From Octopus bimaculoides (lineage: Eukaryota), in assembly GCF_001194135.2 (NCBI RefSeq), contig NC_068991.1:56193354-56257101 (forward strand): a stretch of DNA of 63,748 bases, given 5' to 3'. A program made the position numbers and the translations under genes. The stretch's first letter is position 1, and the number at the start of each line of letters is the position of its first letter. The notes under the pieces are model-generated. The model did not search any database. It was not told the origin of the DNA and saw only the letters and a list, made by a program, of their open reading frames with translations. Shown here in pieces: positions 37,620 to 51,663 of this stretch.

Positions 37620-38778
37620 CTGTAATTTATGTAAAAAGGGAGATTAATAAACACAAATCAATGAGAATTCTCAGTAAGGTTATTGAAATCTTTAATTCCT
37701 TTAATACTAACTCCACCTAACCACTGTTCATACAGAAAATTTCAAATTTAAATTAAAATTTTATTCCCAGCATAATATACCAATATTTATTCCTTTATTG
37801 CCCACAGGGGGCTAAACAGAGGAGACAAACAAAGATAGACAAAAGGATTAAGTTGATTACATCGACCCCAGTGCACAATATTAATCAGTCGATGAAAGGG
37901 ATTTCTGTATGGCTGTTTGATCTGCTACAAATAGCAGACAAATCTCCTCAAATCACACCCAGCTGTCTTAAAAAAAAGGAGGGATATATTGGATACTATG
38001 CTCAAAGGAAAAAGACAGGATGGTCCATATTTGGAATGTCATTGATCAGGGTAGATATGGAACTAAACAGCAATAACAGTTGACTTAGAACTAGGATAAA
38101 AAATGCATCTCTATGCTGTCAATCTGCTAGAAACAGTAGTCAACTCTCCTTCAGGTCTCACCTTGCTACCTTAAAAAAATGAATCACAAGTTAATGTAAC
38201 CAAAGAACAACCAATTCTGAATAAAAGCTGGTATGGTCATGGCTAAAATACCATTGATGTTAGCTAAACTAGGGCTAAAAACTACAACTCAGAGATAGGT
38301 GAATGTTAACTTTTAAGAGTTAAGTGTCCTTGCCATGAACACAATGCAGTAGAATCAATAAGATACAAACTGCTAAAGTCTCTCCGAACCACATCGTTTT
38401 GCAATTTGGTCATCTGTGTTTATAAGTACGGGTAACAGATTGAGGGCTATTCAGGGAAATTTACTCACAAAATACTAGCACTCAGTCCAGAGAGGCGTTT
38501 TGTCTTATTTTGTTTAACACTACAAAACCTGGAACTTGGGCATTGGTCCAATGGATGTCGGGTCAATGAATTGTCAAAGAATTAACATTGTGGGCAGTTG
38601 GAGACTTGATAACCTTCTAACTCAAATGCAAATACTTACAGTAATATGGAAAAAAAAAAATACCAAAGCTGACTACACTGTTATTAAGATCAAATAAAAA
38701 GATAGTGTTCACTATCAGAATGTACAATATTTTAACCGTGACTGAAGTTAAAAGACAATGATATTAATATCTACTTAC

Positions 38779-38922
38779 AAACACTTCAACTTGGTGAGTT
38801 TTTCAAACAAAAACTCTGGCAAATGGTCCAACTTATTTTTGTTCATCTTCAGCAATTCCAAGGAAGTTAAATTATCAAAACTGTATTTTTCTACTCTTCG
38901 GACTCTGTTGTTATTCAGATAG
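38779..38922 (-). CDS. LRIG: LRIG LRR exon, 144 bp: YLNNNRVRRVEKYSFDNLTSLELLKMNKNKLDHLPEFLFEKLTKLKC(L); absent from the ORF track
   Basis: Acceptor ttttttcttcag|C, donor TT|gtaagt; two 24-aa LRRs, no stops. Confidence 0.94.
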
Positions 38923-39459
38923 CTGAAGAAAAAATTATAATTATTATTATTGAATTAACCATTAAAATTTTCAAAGTACTATAAGCAACTATTTGAAATG
39001 GGATAGAAACTTTGCTTCTAGATATAGCTGTGTGTTACATTACACTACCTAGAGTCTCAAACACACCTACCAAGTGAAATTAGTTACATCATTATCATTT
39101 AATCTTTTATCTTTCACTAGTTGCAGTCATTAGACTGTGACCATGCCAGGGCATCACCCTGAAGAATTTTAATCGAATCAACCCCAGTACATTTTTTTTT
39201 TTTTTTTTGAAGTCTGGTACATAGTCTATTGTGGCCTTCCTAGTACAAACCCTCCCATGTTTCTCAGCAAGGTGATATTTTTCCCCACAGGAAATATCAC
39301 CTTGCTTTTCATGGAAGACTAGAAATGAAGAATATTGCTTGTACGATGGCAACGCTCATTTACATCCATCACATGGTGTCAAGACAAAGGCACACACACA
39401 AACATGATAGGCTTCTTTTACTTTCTGTTTACCAAATCCACTCACAAGGCTCTATTATA

Positions 39460-39586
39460 CAGGGTGGCCACAAAGTCTGGGTGCATGGGGATTAACACAT
39501 CCTTTAAGAAATTATTATTTCTTATATTTAATTGTTTATTTTATGATTTTATTTACTCCATGTACCCAGACCTTGTGGACACCCTG
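39460..39586. mobile_element. Tc1/mariner-like MITE, 127 bp, about 30-bp TIRs, TA TSD, inserted in a SINE
   Basis: TA-cagggtggccacaaagtctgggtgcatgg...ccatgtacccagaccttgtggacaccctg-TA. Confidence 0.8.
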
Positions 39587-42500
39587 TAGAAGACACTTGC
39601 TCAAGGTGCTGCATAGTGGGAGCGAACCTGAAACCATGTGGTTGGGAAGTAATCCACACAGCTACATGTGTACCAACATAAAATATTATTAGATATTATA
39701 AGCAACAATTTAGACTGGGATATGAACCTTGTTTCTTTCTACAGAGAGCCTAGAGTGGCTGATAACCCTTCTATATCAAATTAGCTACATATATATAAAA
39801 AGAGAAATACATAAATTTATGTAATTCTCTTTCTATCAAACAATACAGTTTCCTTATAGAATGTAACAACGATATTTACATTGACATTCTGTCAAACAAG
39901 TTAAAACTATGGACATTCCATTGCAATGATGGAACGGTCAGATTGTTTGACCTTATTTTGGCTCAAAATTAGTTTTGAGCTTAATTGCAAGGATGAAGTA
40001 AAATAAACTTTAAGAGAGGTCAGAAACAAGAGGAGAAAAGAATCAATTAGAGCTGTCAGTAACATTAAATAGACATTAGATTTGAAGCTGAAGTCTAAAT
40101 AAAGGTCAGGAGATGAGTTAAGGTTGGGCAGAAATGTACACAACAGCAAACAACCTAGCAACTTTACTATACACACATATAATATATTTCATGTAGACTT
40201 TAGAATCAGTTCTTTTAAAAGAGATTACCAAGACCAAAACCCAAAACTGTTGACATTTCATACTCATATCAAGTAGTCAACCTCCTCCTTCTCCTCATCA
40301 TCATTGTTGTCATTTTATGCCTATTATTTTCCATGCTGTCATGAGTTGGACAGGTTGTCATGTTCCAAACTAGATCTTTATTTGGAGGCAGTGCTGTTTT
40401 AAAGTATAGAAACACTGGGCAGTTGCCTGGGGAGGCCTTGTGGGTCTAGGGGACCCAATTCTGATCTATGTATGTTGTGATTTGCTGTCCATAAATAAAT
40501 ACTATAGGGCCCAGTGCACTGATTTGCTTAGAGCCCTTATGGGTTTAGGGAGCTCAATTTTGAACTATGCTGACATATAAGAAAGCTTATGAATGTAAAT
40601 TCTTAGAAAAATATCAATTTTCTTTAAAAAAAAAAATCAATATTGTTATCTTAAAACTAACAAAAATATAATGGCTGCTGTTAATGGATGATGTAGTAGT
40701 AGTAGTAGTATAGGAACATGCACTGTAACAGTGCATTGCTGCATCCACCATTTCTTGGTGATTCCCTGCTACTCTTGGTGGATGATACCACTGCACCAGT
40801 CAGGGTACAACTTTCTAACTCACGGGTTGGTTTGGGTAGTCTTTGCTGGTGGGAGTTTTACAAGATCGGAGTGGAAATTCTACCTCAATCTCTTTTAATT
40901 GTCTTTTACAACATGTCTATTCTTTGGACATGCTAGTCACCACATAGTACTTGAGCAATGTGAAATGAAGTGTTTTGCTCAAGAACAGAGCAAACCACCT
41001 GATCTGGGAATTGAGCCCACAATCTGACAATCACTAATGCAACACTCTAGCCACTAGGCCATGCACCGTTACCAGTGATCAGCTGAACTAAAAATAACTT
41101 TTCCTTCACTGCCCCTATTTTAGAGCTCAGGAGTTAAAAAAAAAATACACAAAATTTCAGGAACCTTCCTTGATACAGCCATTCTTGCAACTAGGAAGCC
41201 CAGTATTAACATGTTGAATATATATTTACTGCTTATTGACAGATTTAAATATATTTAAAGCTATCAGACTAAACAGCCATTTATAAATCTGCTATATCAG
41301 GTTTTCCTCCCACTAAAGCCTATTTCTCAAGAGGCTTCACCAACATATTGGTTCAGGACTACAAGTCGAAGTAAAAGTTCCTCATTCTGAAATGCATAAC
41401 CTTACCCCCACCTCTCTCTCTGCTCACTCCCACCATCTACATCCATCTATCACAAAGTAAATACAGAACTTATACAGAAGGAGGCAGTCAGTCAGTAACA
41501 ATTACTTTGTTATTTCAAAATGAAGCTGTCTGGCATGGAAATTTAAAAAAAAAAAAAATCAAAAAAAAATCACCAACAAATGTACTTAGGTGGGAATTAA
41601 ACAAAATAAACTGGATATATTCAAGTAAAAATAGGATATCAAAATAAAAATTATAAAAATTAAAATAATAATCATAATCCATTCTACAATAGGCAAAAAT
41701 CCTGAAATTTGGGGGAGGGGGCTAGTTGATTACATCAACCCCAGTGCGTAACTGGTACTTATTTCATTGACCCTGAAAAGATGAAAGGCAAAGTTGACCT
41801 CAGCAGAATTTGAACTCAGAACATAGCAATGGGCGAAATACCACTAAGCATTTCATCCAGCATGCTAACGAATAATAATAATAATAATAACCTAATCACC
41901 AAGCAGAAGGAGTTAGACAACTGAATCAACTCCAATACTTGAACAGGTATTTCATTTTATTGAAACCCCAAGTTGATCGCAACAGGGTTTGAACTCAGAA
42001 TGTCAAGAGCCAGAACAAATACAGCAAGGCATTTGGTCCTGAAGGAGTGGGGAGTTATCGTTGAGGGATCAGAGAAAGGAAAAAGGGATAACAAAACTTG
42101 AACAAAAAAAAAAAAGACCCATGGAAAACAAGAAATAAATAAATAAATAACATGAAGTAGCTGCCAATATTGTAAAGCAGGTGTTCTGCAGTAAACAGTT
42201 CCTGGAGTTAGTTAGACTGCCAAAAAACTTGAAACAATACAAAAAAAAAAAAAAGAAAAAAAAACGAAAAAGAACCAACAAAAGAAATGGAAGTAAAATG
42301 AGAGTGGTGGGGTGGGCGGAATGAGTGGGCGAGTGGGAGGTTGGGTGAAAAACTTTGGTTTTTTTAAACAAGGTGACAAACAGGAGGCAGCTGGTTAGAG
42401 AGATGCAAGAAGACATACCTAGTATGTTTCAATTAAAAGGAAACCAATCAGGTTTGAAATTAGTATTAACTTCCTTCTACGTCTACCCCTGCCCCACTAC

Positions 42501-43164
42501 CCACCAAAAACTTCTGGATGCACCACCACCACTGCTACCATCGCCTGCACCAATTTACTTTTCCCTTAATATCTTTATCTTCTTTCCATTTGATCACTGG
42601 ACAAGGCAATCATTACTACCACCACCACCACTACTCCTCCACATGGGCTATCAACAACTTAACACTAAGCCAATTTGTCTTTGCAGCTACCAACCTGACA
42701 ACCTGTCCCCCAGCCTCAAACCCCCACTCTCCATGGCTCTGGATCTCAATTTCCTTCCCCCTCTCAACACTAAATTGTTACACAAAATCTATGTAGTAGT
42801 AGTAGTAGTAGTAGTAGCAGTAGCAAAGGTACTTTATCTATCTACCCACCCACCCATCTATCCATCCATCTGTCTGTCTGTCTTTATTTATAGATATTTA
42901 TCTCCCAATCTATCTATCTATCTATCTTTCAAGCTAAACATTATCTATCTATCTATTTATCTAGATCTCTCTGATTATCTTATCTCTATCTAACACAGAC
43001 CAACAGAAAAAGAATAGCTAAGTAACAGCAGTGACAGTAACAACTAGAATGGAGAGAGAGAAAGAAAGAGAGAGAGAGGAGAGAGAGAGAAAGAAAGAGA
43101 GAGAGAGGAGAGAGAGAGAAAGAAAGAGAGAGAGAGAAAGAAAGAGAGAGAGAGAGAGAAAGAA

Positions 43165-43211
<47 letters not shown>

Positions 43212-46097
43212 AAAAGAGAGAGAGACAGAGCTATCCACAGTATGACCTGCCAACATCTTCCACTTGAGTGTTGCCTCTAAGTGATGAATGACACTATTAT
43301 TAGAGAAAACAGGCAATGTGATGGACATATTCACACTTTGACAAAATGCCTGCCAAGCCAACATAGTAGACAGATGTTTTCCAATTTAATGGAGGACTAG
43401 CAAAAAACAAAAAAAAATGAACACAAATAATGGCAGAAATTAAAGAAAAAAAATATCTACACTATTTCAAATATCCAGTCAGATAAACATAGGGCATATG
43501 TGTATATAACTTGGTGTGTGTGCATGTGTGTAGACATGCATTGCACATATGTGTACACACACACACAATCATTGTTTTAACATCCACTTTTCCATGCTTG
43601 CAAGGGTTAAATGAAATTTGATGAGACAGGTTTTCTACAGCCTGATGCTCTTCCAGTCATCAACCCTTGCCTGTTCCCAAGCAAGGTAATATTTTGATAT
43701 GGCCATACAAGTTTTCATGGAAGATTAGAAACAAAGGACAAATGCTTGGGTGACAGTGGTGCTTATTTACAACTATTGCATGATACCAAGTCAAGGACAC
43801 ACACACACACACACACACAAGATGGGCTTCTTTCAGTTTCCATCAAACCAAACTACTTACAAGGATTTGGTCATCTTGGGGCTAAGTAGAAAACACATGC
43901 CCAATGAACCAATGGGTGGGACTGAACCTGAAACTGCACATATACATGCACACACAAAAACACACACATGTATGCAGAGTTTCACAAAGGAGGTGACAGG
44001 AGGCTATGACAAATGGAATGCCATTATGTTGAAATAGATTTGTCTAACCTATCCGTGCCAGTATGGAAAAGTAATCATTAAAAAAAATATGATGTCAAGG
44101 TATACATTTGGATATGCTAACAGGAACAAAAGTACTCAATACATGTGTGGGAGTATATTTCTTGTCAAAGTTGATGATAGACATTGTTCCCTTCCAATTT
44201 CTTGCTACAACATAGGTGCCAATGGCTTTGACTTGGAACCCACAAGGAAGACAACAGAGAGGACACACTAAAAGTAGCCAGAATCAGAATACTGAAGCAG
44301 AGCTATAAAAGCAGGGATTCAACTGAAGAGACAAAGAGGAAGGCAGTAGAGAAGTTGTTGATGGCCCATACTCTGGAGGGAGTGAAGGGCTTAAGAAGAA
44401 AATATGTATTTGGTCAGAGATTCTCAAAGTGGTCCATATAGACACCGATTTGTGTGTGTGTGTGTGTGTGTGTGTGAATAAAAGCTTAGTGGGGTTAATT
44501 TAAAAGTTTGCATTTTTAAATCCCTTCATGCAAGAAAAAATTACTGAAATGAGATTCAGTCTTCAAGTCCATGCTCACATATAAAGGGACTAAAAAACTG
44601 GCATTCTGTCAGTTGTGATGACAAAGGTTCCAGTTGATCTGATCAATAGAACAGCCTGCTAATGAAATGCAATTAACATGCTAATGGCTGAGCACTTCAC
44701 AGGTACATATACCCTTGATTTAGTTCTCAGGGAGATTCAGCGTGACACAGAATGTGACAAGGCCGGCTTTTTGAAAAACAGGTAACAACTCATTTTTGCC
44801 AGTTGAATAGACTGGAGCAACATGAAATAAAGTGTCTTGCTCAAGGACACAACACGCTACCAACAATTGAACTCACAACCTTACCACCATGAACTGAAAA
44901 GTGTAACCACTAAGCCACATGCCTTCACATTTAAAGTGATTAGATATGACTGGCTGATCAAAAACAGAATAAAAAAAATAAAAAAATTGCAAAATATCCC
45001 AAGTTTTATGCAACAGTTGTGCTCACTTTACTGGCTTTTCCAACTTCATATATGGTGTAATCTGGGTGTAACCATGTGCATTATTTACTAAGCAAACAGA
45101 GAAGTGCTTTAAAAGTAGAGCAGGATGATTTGTGGTTCAAACTCACAAGCTTGCAACCCAATATTCATGATCTTCTCCACAGACCACTTAACCCATCCTT
45201 CCTGCTGAAAAATAATCCATGCATTAAAAGGTACATTTTTTATTTATATTTGACTGATTCTTTTCTCCTGTCAATTGTATTAAACAATGGTTAATTACAT
45301 GTTTAATTTGTCTGATATTTGATTAATTTGTTTTGGGGTTGAAGTGAAATAACTTTTTTTTTTTTACAAAATGTAAAATGTTCAAGAGGCCCTGTATTAA
45401 ACCTTTAGCATTCAGGTTACTCTGCCAAATGTAATGCTTATTCACATTGTTTTGAATAAAACAACGCATTATCTCACAGCTTAAATATTCTGATGATGTG
45501 ACTGTTTATGTTCAGAGTGATATTGTATGATTAAATGTGTGAGGCAGGATCTGGTCATTTTGAACATAAAACAGGTAGAATATTTGGACTGTATATGGCC
45601 AGTTTAAATGCTACAGGGTTAAGCAAACAACCAGGGTTAATATAATCAAGTAAAATGAAATCCTTCAAAGTAATTTCTGGCATACCCACAGTTTATGACT
45701 GAAATCATTAACAAGAAATAGATGATGATATATACACATACAGCAGCATGTTTTAGTGAAGACATTCATCATCATCATTATTGTTTAACATCCACCTTCC
45801 ATGTTGGCATGGGTTCGATGGCTTGACAGGGGTCAGCCAGGTAGGAGACTACACCAAATTACTGTGTCTGTTTTGGCATGGTTTTTAGGGTAGGACACCC
45901 TTCCTAACACCAACCGCCTCATAAAGCGGACCGGGTGATTTTTATGTGGCACCAGCACAGGCGAGGTCAGTTTTGGCATGGCTTTTACAGCTGGATGCTC
46001 TTCCAAATGCCAACCACTTCACAGTGTAGACTTGATGCTTTTTATGTGGCACTAGCACACATTCTTACACACATATTTCAGTGAAGACATTCTTTAA

Positions 46098-46318
46098 CCC
46101 TTCAGCATCTAAACTGGCCACATCTGGCCATAGTAATTGACCTGTTTTATCTTTAAACTGGCCAGGTCTGGCCTCTCACACTTACCCAAGAATATTATTC
46201 TAAAAATAAACAATCACATCACTGAAATCTCAAAGCTACAAAGGTAATGCATGACTAACTTTTATCAATGTGAATAAATAAACATTACATTTAACAGAGA
46301 AATCTGAATGCTAAAGGG
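46098..46318. mobile_element. piggyBac-like MITE family (TTAA-CCCTTTAGCA...TGCTAAAGGG-TTAA, about 200 bp); other copies 3739-3941, 29564-29758, 30994-31221, 45401-45618, 50457-50678; related element 24994-25165
   Basis: TTAA flanks and CCC/GGG termini on several copies; shared interior. Confidence 0.75.
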
Positions 46319-46675
46319 TTAAAAAGTCTGAAGGTTTATTATTTAAAAAAAAGGCATAATTTTGGACATGCAGAATTTATAGTTTTGAGTAGAATGGTTA
46401 CTCTGACACCATAGAGTATGGTGTATGTGTGGGGTGAATATAACTAGAGTATCGCTCAATTCTGCTTGGGGAGTATTAAAAGAAGAGAACAAAAAGTGAA
46501 GAGTGAAATTGGTTTTGAAACATCATGTTTGTACAAGAATGGAAAGAAATCCCAACAGAAATTGTTAACTGGTTTACAGTGAAAACAGATGGATAAGTGT
46601 TAGCTTGGTTCAAGCCAAAACAGGCAAGAAAATATTAATATAACAACTTTCCCAGGAGTAGTTTCTTCAAGGTTA

Positions 46676-46706
<31 letters not shown>

Positions 46707-47186
46707 NNNNNNNNNNNNNNNNNNNNNNNNNNNNNNNNNNNNNNNNNNNNNNNNNNNNNNNNNNNNNNNNNNNNNNNNNNNNNNNNNNNNNNNNNNNNNN
46801 NNNNNNNNNNNNNNNNNNNNNNNNNNNNNNNNNNNNNNNNNNNNNNNNNNNNNNNNNNNNNNNNNNNNNNNNNNNNNNNNNNNNNNNNNNNNNNNNNNNN
46901 NNNNNNNNNNNNNNNNNNNNNNNNNNNNNNNNNNNNNNNNNNNNNNNNNNNNNNNNNNNNNNNNNNNNNNNNNNNNNNNNNNNNNNNNNNNNNNNNNNNN
47001 NNNNNNNNNNNNNNNNNNNNNNNNNNNNNNNNNNNNNNNNNNNNNNNNNNNNNNNNNNNNNNNNNNNNNNNNNNNNNNNNNNNNNNNNNNNNNNNNNNNN
47101 NNNNNNNNNNNNNNNNNNNNNNNNNNNNNNNNNNNNNNCCGATGTACATTAAGTGCCGACTACATAAACAAACGATTCTGAAACAA

Positions 47187-47220
47187 TTAACCCTAACCCT
47201 ACGGTTAGGGTTAGGGTTAA
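47187..47220. repeat. Inverted telomere-like repeat hairpin (CCCTAA)2 / (TTAGGG)2 within a CpG-richer segment (about 47139-47475)
   Basis: ttaaccctaacccta-cggt-tagggttagggttaa: 15-bp perfect arms, 4-nt loop. Confidence 0.8.
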
Positions 47221-48345
47221 AGCAAATTTAAAATGAAAAAAGCAAATAAAACGAAGGTATGGAGATTAAATACGCTTTACATCGCTTAATCAGCTAAAGG
47301 AGTAAATATAAACAACTGAATACTTGTCAGTGATTGGTTGAAATTATTGAAATAAGACAATTTTTTACATGAAATAAATTCGAATACAAAAATATTTTTC
47401 TGTTCTATAACACAAAATAGATCAGTATACGAAGTTTGAAAGTCTTTCCGTACCAAAAACACTACGTAAAACATTAATGAAAAATGTGGCCCCAGATCCT
47501 TATCTTTTACTTGTTTCAGTCATTTTTGATTGTGTTCAACCTGGGGCACCAACTTGAAGGGTTTACACACACATAAATACAATGGACTTCTTTAGTTTCC
47601 ATCAATCAAATCCACTCACAAAGCTTTGGTCGACCTGAGGCTATAGTAGAAGACATTTGCCCAAAGTGAAATGCAGTGGGACTGAACCCAGAACCATGTT
47701 ATTGGGAAGCAAACTTCTTACCACATGGCCAGATCTGTGCTCAGTTTCTATTTAGTTTCTTTTCTTTTTTTTAATACAAACTTTTAACATTAAAATATAG
47801 TCTTTTTAAAATTACTCATACAAAAAGCATCAGTAACTTTAACTTTCCACACAAAGGGTGCCAGTAATTACTTTTTCCTTCCTTGATCTTCAATGCAATT
47901 TTAAGTCAAAGATACAGAGAGCCACTGCTTCGGAGATTTCGGAAAGCTATTGCACTACGTATGAGATGTTAGTATTTATTTATTTTCGTTAGTATCGGTC
48001 AGTTATTGATTTGTAGCACGAACTGAGAACATCTTGTGAAGGCAGCTGCAAATGAAAGAGTTAAAGCCCCCTCCTCCCATCTATTATAACTAACCACAAG
48101 ACAAGTGGGGAGAAGGGAAGGAATCCTTGAACAACTTCAGTTTCACTTGATATTTAAGTTTTCTAACAGATTAGAGGTTTAAAAAGATGCACACTGGTTT
48201 CTTTCATGAAACATTTGTTATAAAAATCACAAATAAATACTAATAATAATATTTCCTTCCCACCAAAATCACCCCCACAACTCCACCCAAAACACACACG
48301 TGTGTGTACGTGTGTATACACACACATACATATGCGCGTGCACGC

Positions 48346-48398
<53 letters not shown>

Positions 48399-49563
48399 GT
48401 TGCAACCAAAAAGACAAAAATAATATAGAACTAGAAGATAAGTAGATAAAAACAGAATGTTCTAGATGAATGAGTTTTGCTCATTATTTAAGGGGGTAGA
48501 TCCACCCACATCTACCACNNNNNNNNNNNNNNNNNNNNNNNNNNNNNNNNNNNNNNNNNNNNNNNNNNNNNNNNNNNNNNNNNNNNNNNNNNNNNNNNNN
48601 NNNNNNNNNNNNNNNNNNNNNNNNNNNNNNNNNNNNNNNNNNNNNNNNNNNNNNNNNNNNNNNNNNNNNNNNNNNNNNNNNNNNNNNNNNNNNNNNNNNN
48701 NNNNNNNNNNNNNNNNNNNNNNNNNNNNNNNNNNNNNNNNNNNNNNNNNNNNNNNNNNNNNNNNNNNNNNNNNNNNNNNNNNNNNNNNNNNNNNNNNNNN
48801 NNNNNNNNNNNNNNNNNNNNNNNNNNNNNNNNNNNNNNNNNNNNNNNNNNNNNNNNNNNNNNNNNNNNNNNNNNNNNNNNNNNNNNNNNNNNNNNNNNNN
48901 NNNNNNNNNNNNNNNNNNNNNNNNNNNNNNNNNNNNNNNNNNNNNNNNNNNNNNNNNNNNNNNNNNNNNNNNNNNNNNNNNNNNNNNNNNNNNNNNNNNN
49001 NNNNNNNNNNNNNNNNNNNNNNNNNNNNNNNNNNNNNNNNNNNNNNNNNNNNNNNNNNNNNNNNNNNNNNNNNNNNNNNNNNNNNNNNNNNNNNNNNNNN
49101 NNNNNNNNNNNNNNNNNNNNNNNNNNNNNNNNNNNNNNNNNNNNNNNNNNNNNNNNNNNNNNNNNNNNNNNNNNNNNNNNNNNNNNNNNNNNNNNNNNNN
49201 NNNNNNNNNNNNNNNNNNNNNNNNNNNNNNNNNNNNNNAAAAAAAACCCCGCAAAACGAAAAAAAAGGAAAGAAACAGAATTAAAAAAAAAATAAGCAAA
49301 TGTGAATGCCAGTAGAGAAAGCAATCTCTGAGATACCAGGTCAACTGATAATGATGATAGAATTAAGTATTTTGGTAAATTAGACTATTTTCAGTTTAGA
49401 TTAAGAAAAATCAACAAACTAAATCTTCAGAGTCTGCAGTTAATGGTAAAATATTTTGAAAAGAATTTCATGAAAACCATTGCAAACAAAATACTTTTTC
49501 CCTGGACCAGATCTCCAAAATTTCACTGTTTTCTGCACTGCCCTAGTAATAACAATATTAATC

Positions 49564-49805
49564 CTTTTATTCTTTTACTTGTTTCACTCATTTGACTGCG
49601 GCCATGCTGGAGCACCACCTTTAAGGGTTTTAGTCAAACAAATTGACCCCCAGGACTTGTTGTTTTAAAGCTTAGTACTTATTCTATCCGTCTCTTTTGC
49701 CGAATCGCTAAGTTACGGGGATGTAAACACACCAATACCAGTTGTCAAGTGGTGATGGGGAACAAACAGAGACACAAAGAGACACACACAGCCATATAAA
49801 AATGA

Positions 49806-49838
<33 letters not shown>

Positions 49839-50224
49839 GTACTGTGCAAAAGTCTTCGGCCACTTTGTAAATTTCTACTAATTGCCAACTTATAAGTGGA
49901 TATTTCGCATTGCATTTTTTACAGATGAACCACTGGCCCTGTTGGAGTCAGTCCCATAACCAATCATATTTTGTAGTAGGGGTTCTGAATGAGAAGGGAA
50001 GATGCAAGACGACCACCAAAAATGACTGAGCTCCATACCACAGATCGTGTGCAACACAACAGAGCGTAGCTGATGAAGGCTCCAACAGGGCCAATCAACG
50101 TTTCATCTGTAAAAAATGAAGTGTGAAACATCCACCTATAAGTTGACAATTAGTAGAAATTTACAATAGTTTATAGTGGCCGAAGACTTTGGCACGGTAC
50201 TGTATGTATATATGTGTATATATA

Positions 50225-50269
<45 letters not shown>

Positions 50270-50429
50270 CGGGCTTCTTTCACTTTCCGTCTACCAAATC
50301 CACTCACAGGCTTTGGTTAGCCAGAGTCTATAGTAGAAGACACTTGCCCAAGATACCATACAATGGGACTGAACCTGGAACCATGTGGTTGGGAAGCAAG
50401 CTTCTTACCACACAGCACCATCTGTGCCT
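49564..50429 (-). mobile_element. SINE family A copy interrupted by a Tc1-like MITE
   Basis: 3' half 49564-49836 and 5' half 50203-50429 flank the MITE. Confidence 0.8.
49837..50202. mobile_element. Tc1-like MITE with long (about 110-120 bp) imperfect TIRs
   Basis: cagtactgtgcaaaagtcttcggccact... / ...agtggccgaagactttggcacggtactg-TA; arms about 49837-49947 and 50080-50202. Confidence 0.8.
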
Positions 50430-51663
50430 AATATATAACAAAGACCAGAAACTTAACTCTTTAGCATTTAAACCAACCATACCCAACCTAAATATTCTAC
50501 CTGTCTTATGTTGGAATTGGTTAGATCTGGCCTTCCACTCCTATTATATAATGTCATTCTAAAAATAAGCAATCACATCATCGAAATCTCAAAGCTATGA
50601 GATAATTCATGATTAACTCAAAAGAAAGAAAGTAAATAAATAAGCATTACTTCTGACAGTAATCTGAATGCTAAAGTGTTAATGGGAGAAACACCCATTT
50701 AAATTGACAGTCCTCCTTTAGTTGACTGGTACATTATTTTTTCAGCCTGGGCAGGATGAGTGGCAAAGTTAACTTTGGTAGGATTGGAACTCAGAATGTA
50801 AAGAGTTGGAACAAATATCATGACTTCTTGGGCAAGTGTCTTCTACAACAGCCCTGGACAGACCAATGCCTTACAAGCGAGTGAATTTGGTAGACAGAAA
50901 TTGTGAGGAAGCTTGTTATATATATGTGTGTATGCATGTTTATGACATGTTAAACCCCTACCCAGTTGATAACCAGTGTTGGTTTGTTTATATCTCCATA
51001 ACTTAACAGTCTGCCAAAAGCGGCTGATAGAGTAAGAAATGAACCCCAGTATTTAAAAATAAGTACTGGGGCTGATTTCTTAAATGAAACCCTTTAAGTC
51101 ACTACTCCAATATGAGTGCAGTCAAATGACTGGAACAAGATATCAAGATATCTTTAAAGAATTCTTCTAAACCTGAAGTGAGCTACAAGAATGTTCAAAG
51201 CTGTGACTCACAAACAAACAAATAAATATATAAAAAACTACAAATTACTGAAAAAGTAGTTATATATGCTAATCCCTTTAAACGGATAGTTAAAGTGGAG
51301 TAATTAGAATAATTAATATGCTTTGTTTGATGAAATAATTCAATTCATTATAACAAAGATTGACTTGAACTCTTGAACTTGTGAACCAGCCATCTAGATC
51401 TTTTACAACTTACTGTTCCCAATGAAACAGTAACGGCAATTAGCCCAAATTATCAAGGTGAAATACTGGAGAACTGGTTTCAGTTACAAAATGGAAGAAA
51501 AGAGAGAAAGAAAAAGAAAAAAAGAAAAGATAAGAAATATAAGGAACCTGTGCTGTCAGTTTTATATTCCGAGAATACCAAAGAAAAAAAAAAAAGAAAG
51601 AAAAAGCTCAGAGAAAAATAAACAAAGGCTGAATGGGAGCAAAATAAATAATCATAATAACAA

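Noticed and set aside
42355-43364. 212-aa and neighbouring ORFs with Pro/His/Val or ER runs
   Set aside because: Low-complexity trinucleotide and GA tracts; no domain or splice support.
50070-50103. Hammerhead-like CTGATGA-A-GGCTC-CAACA-GGGCC inside the Tc1-like MITE
   Set aside because: The essential GAAA is replaced by AATCAAC and no stem I can be formed; at best a dead relic or chance.
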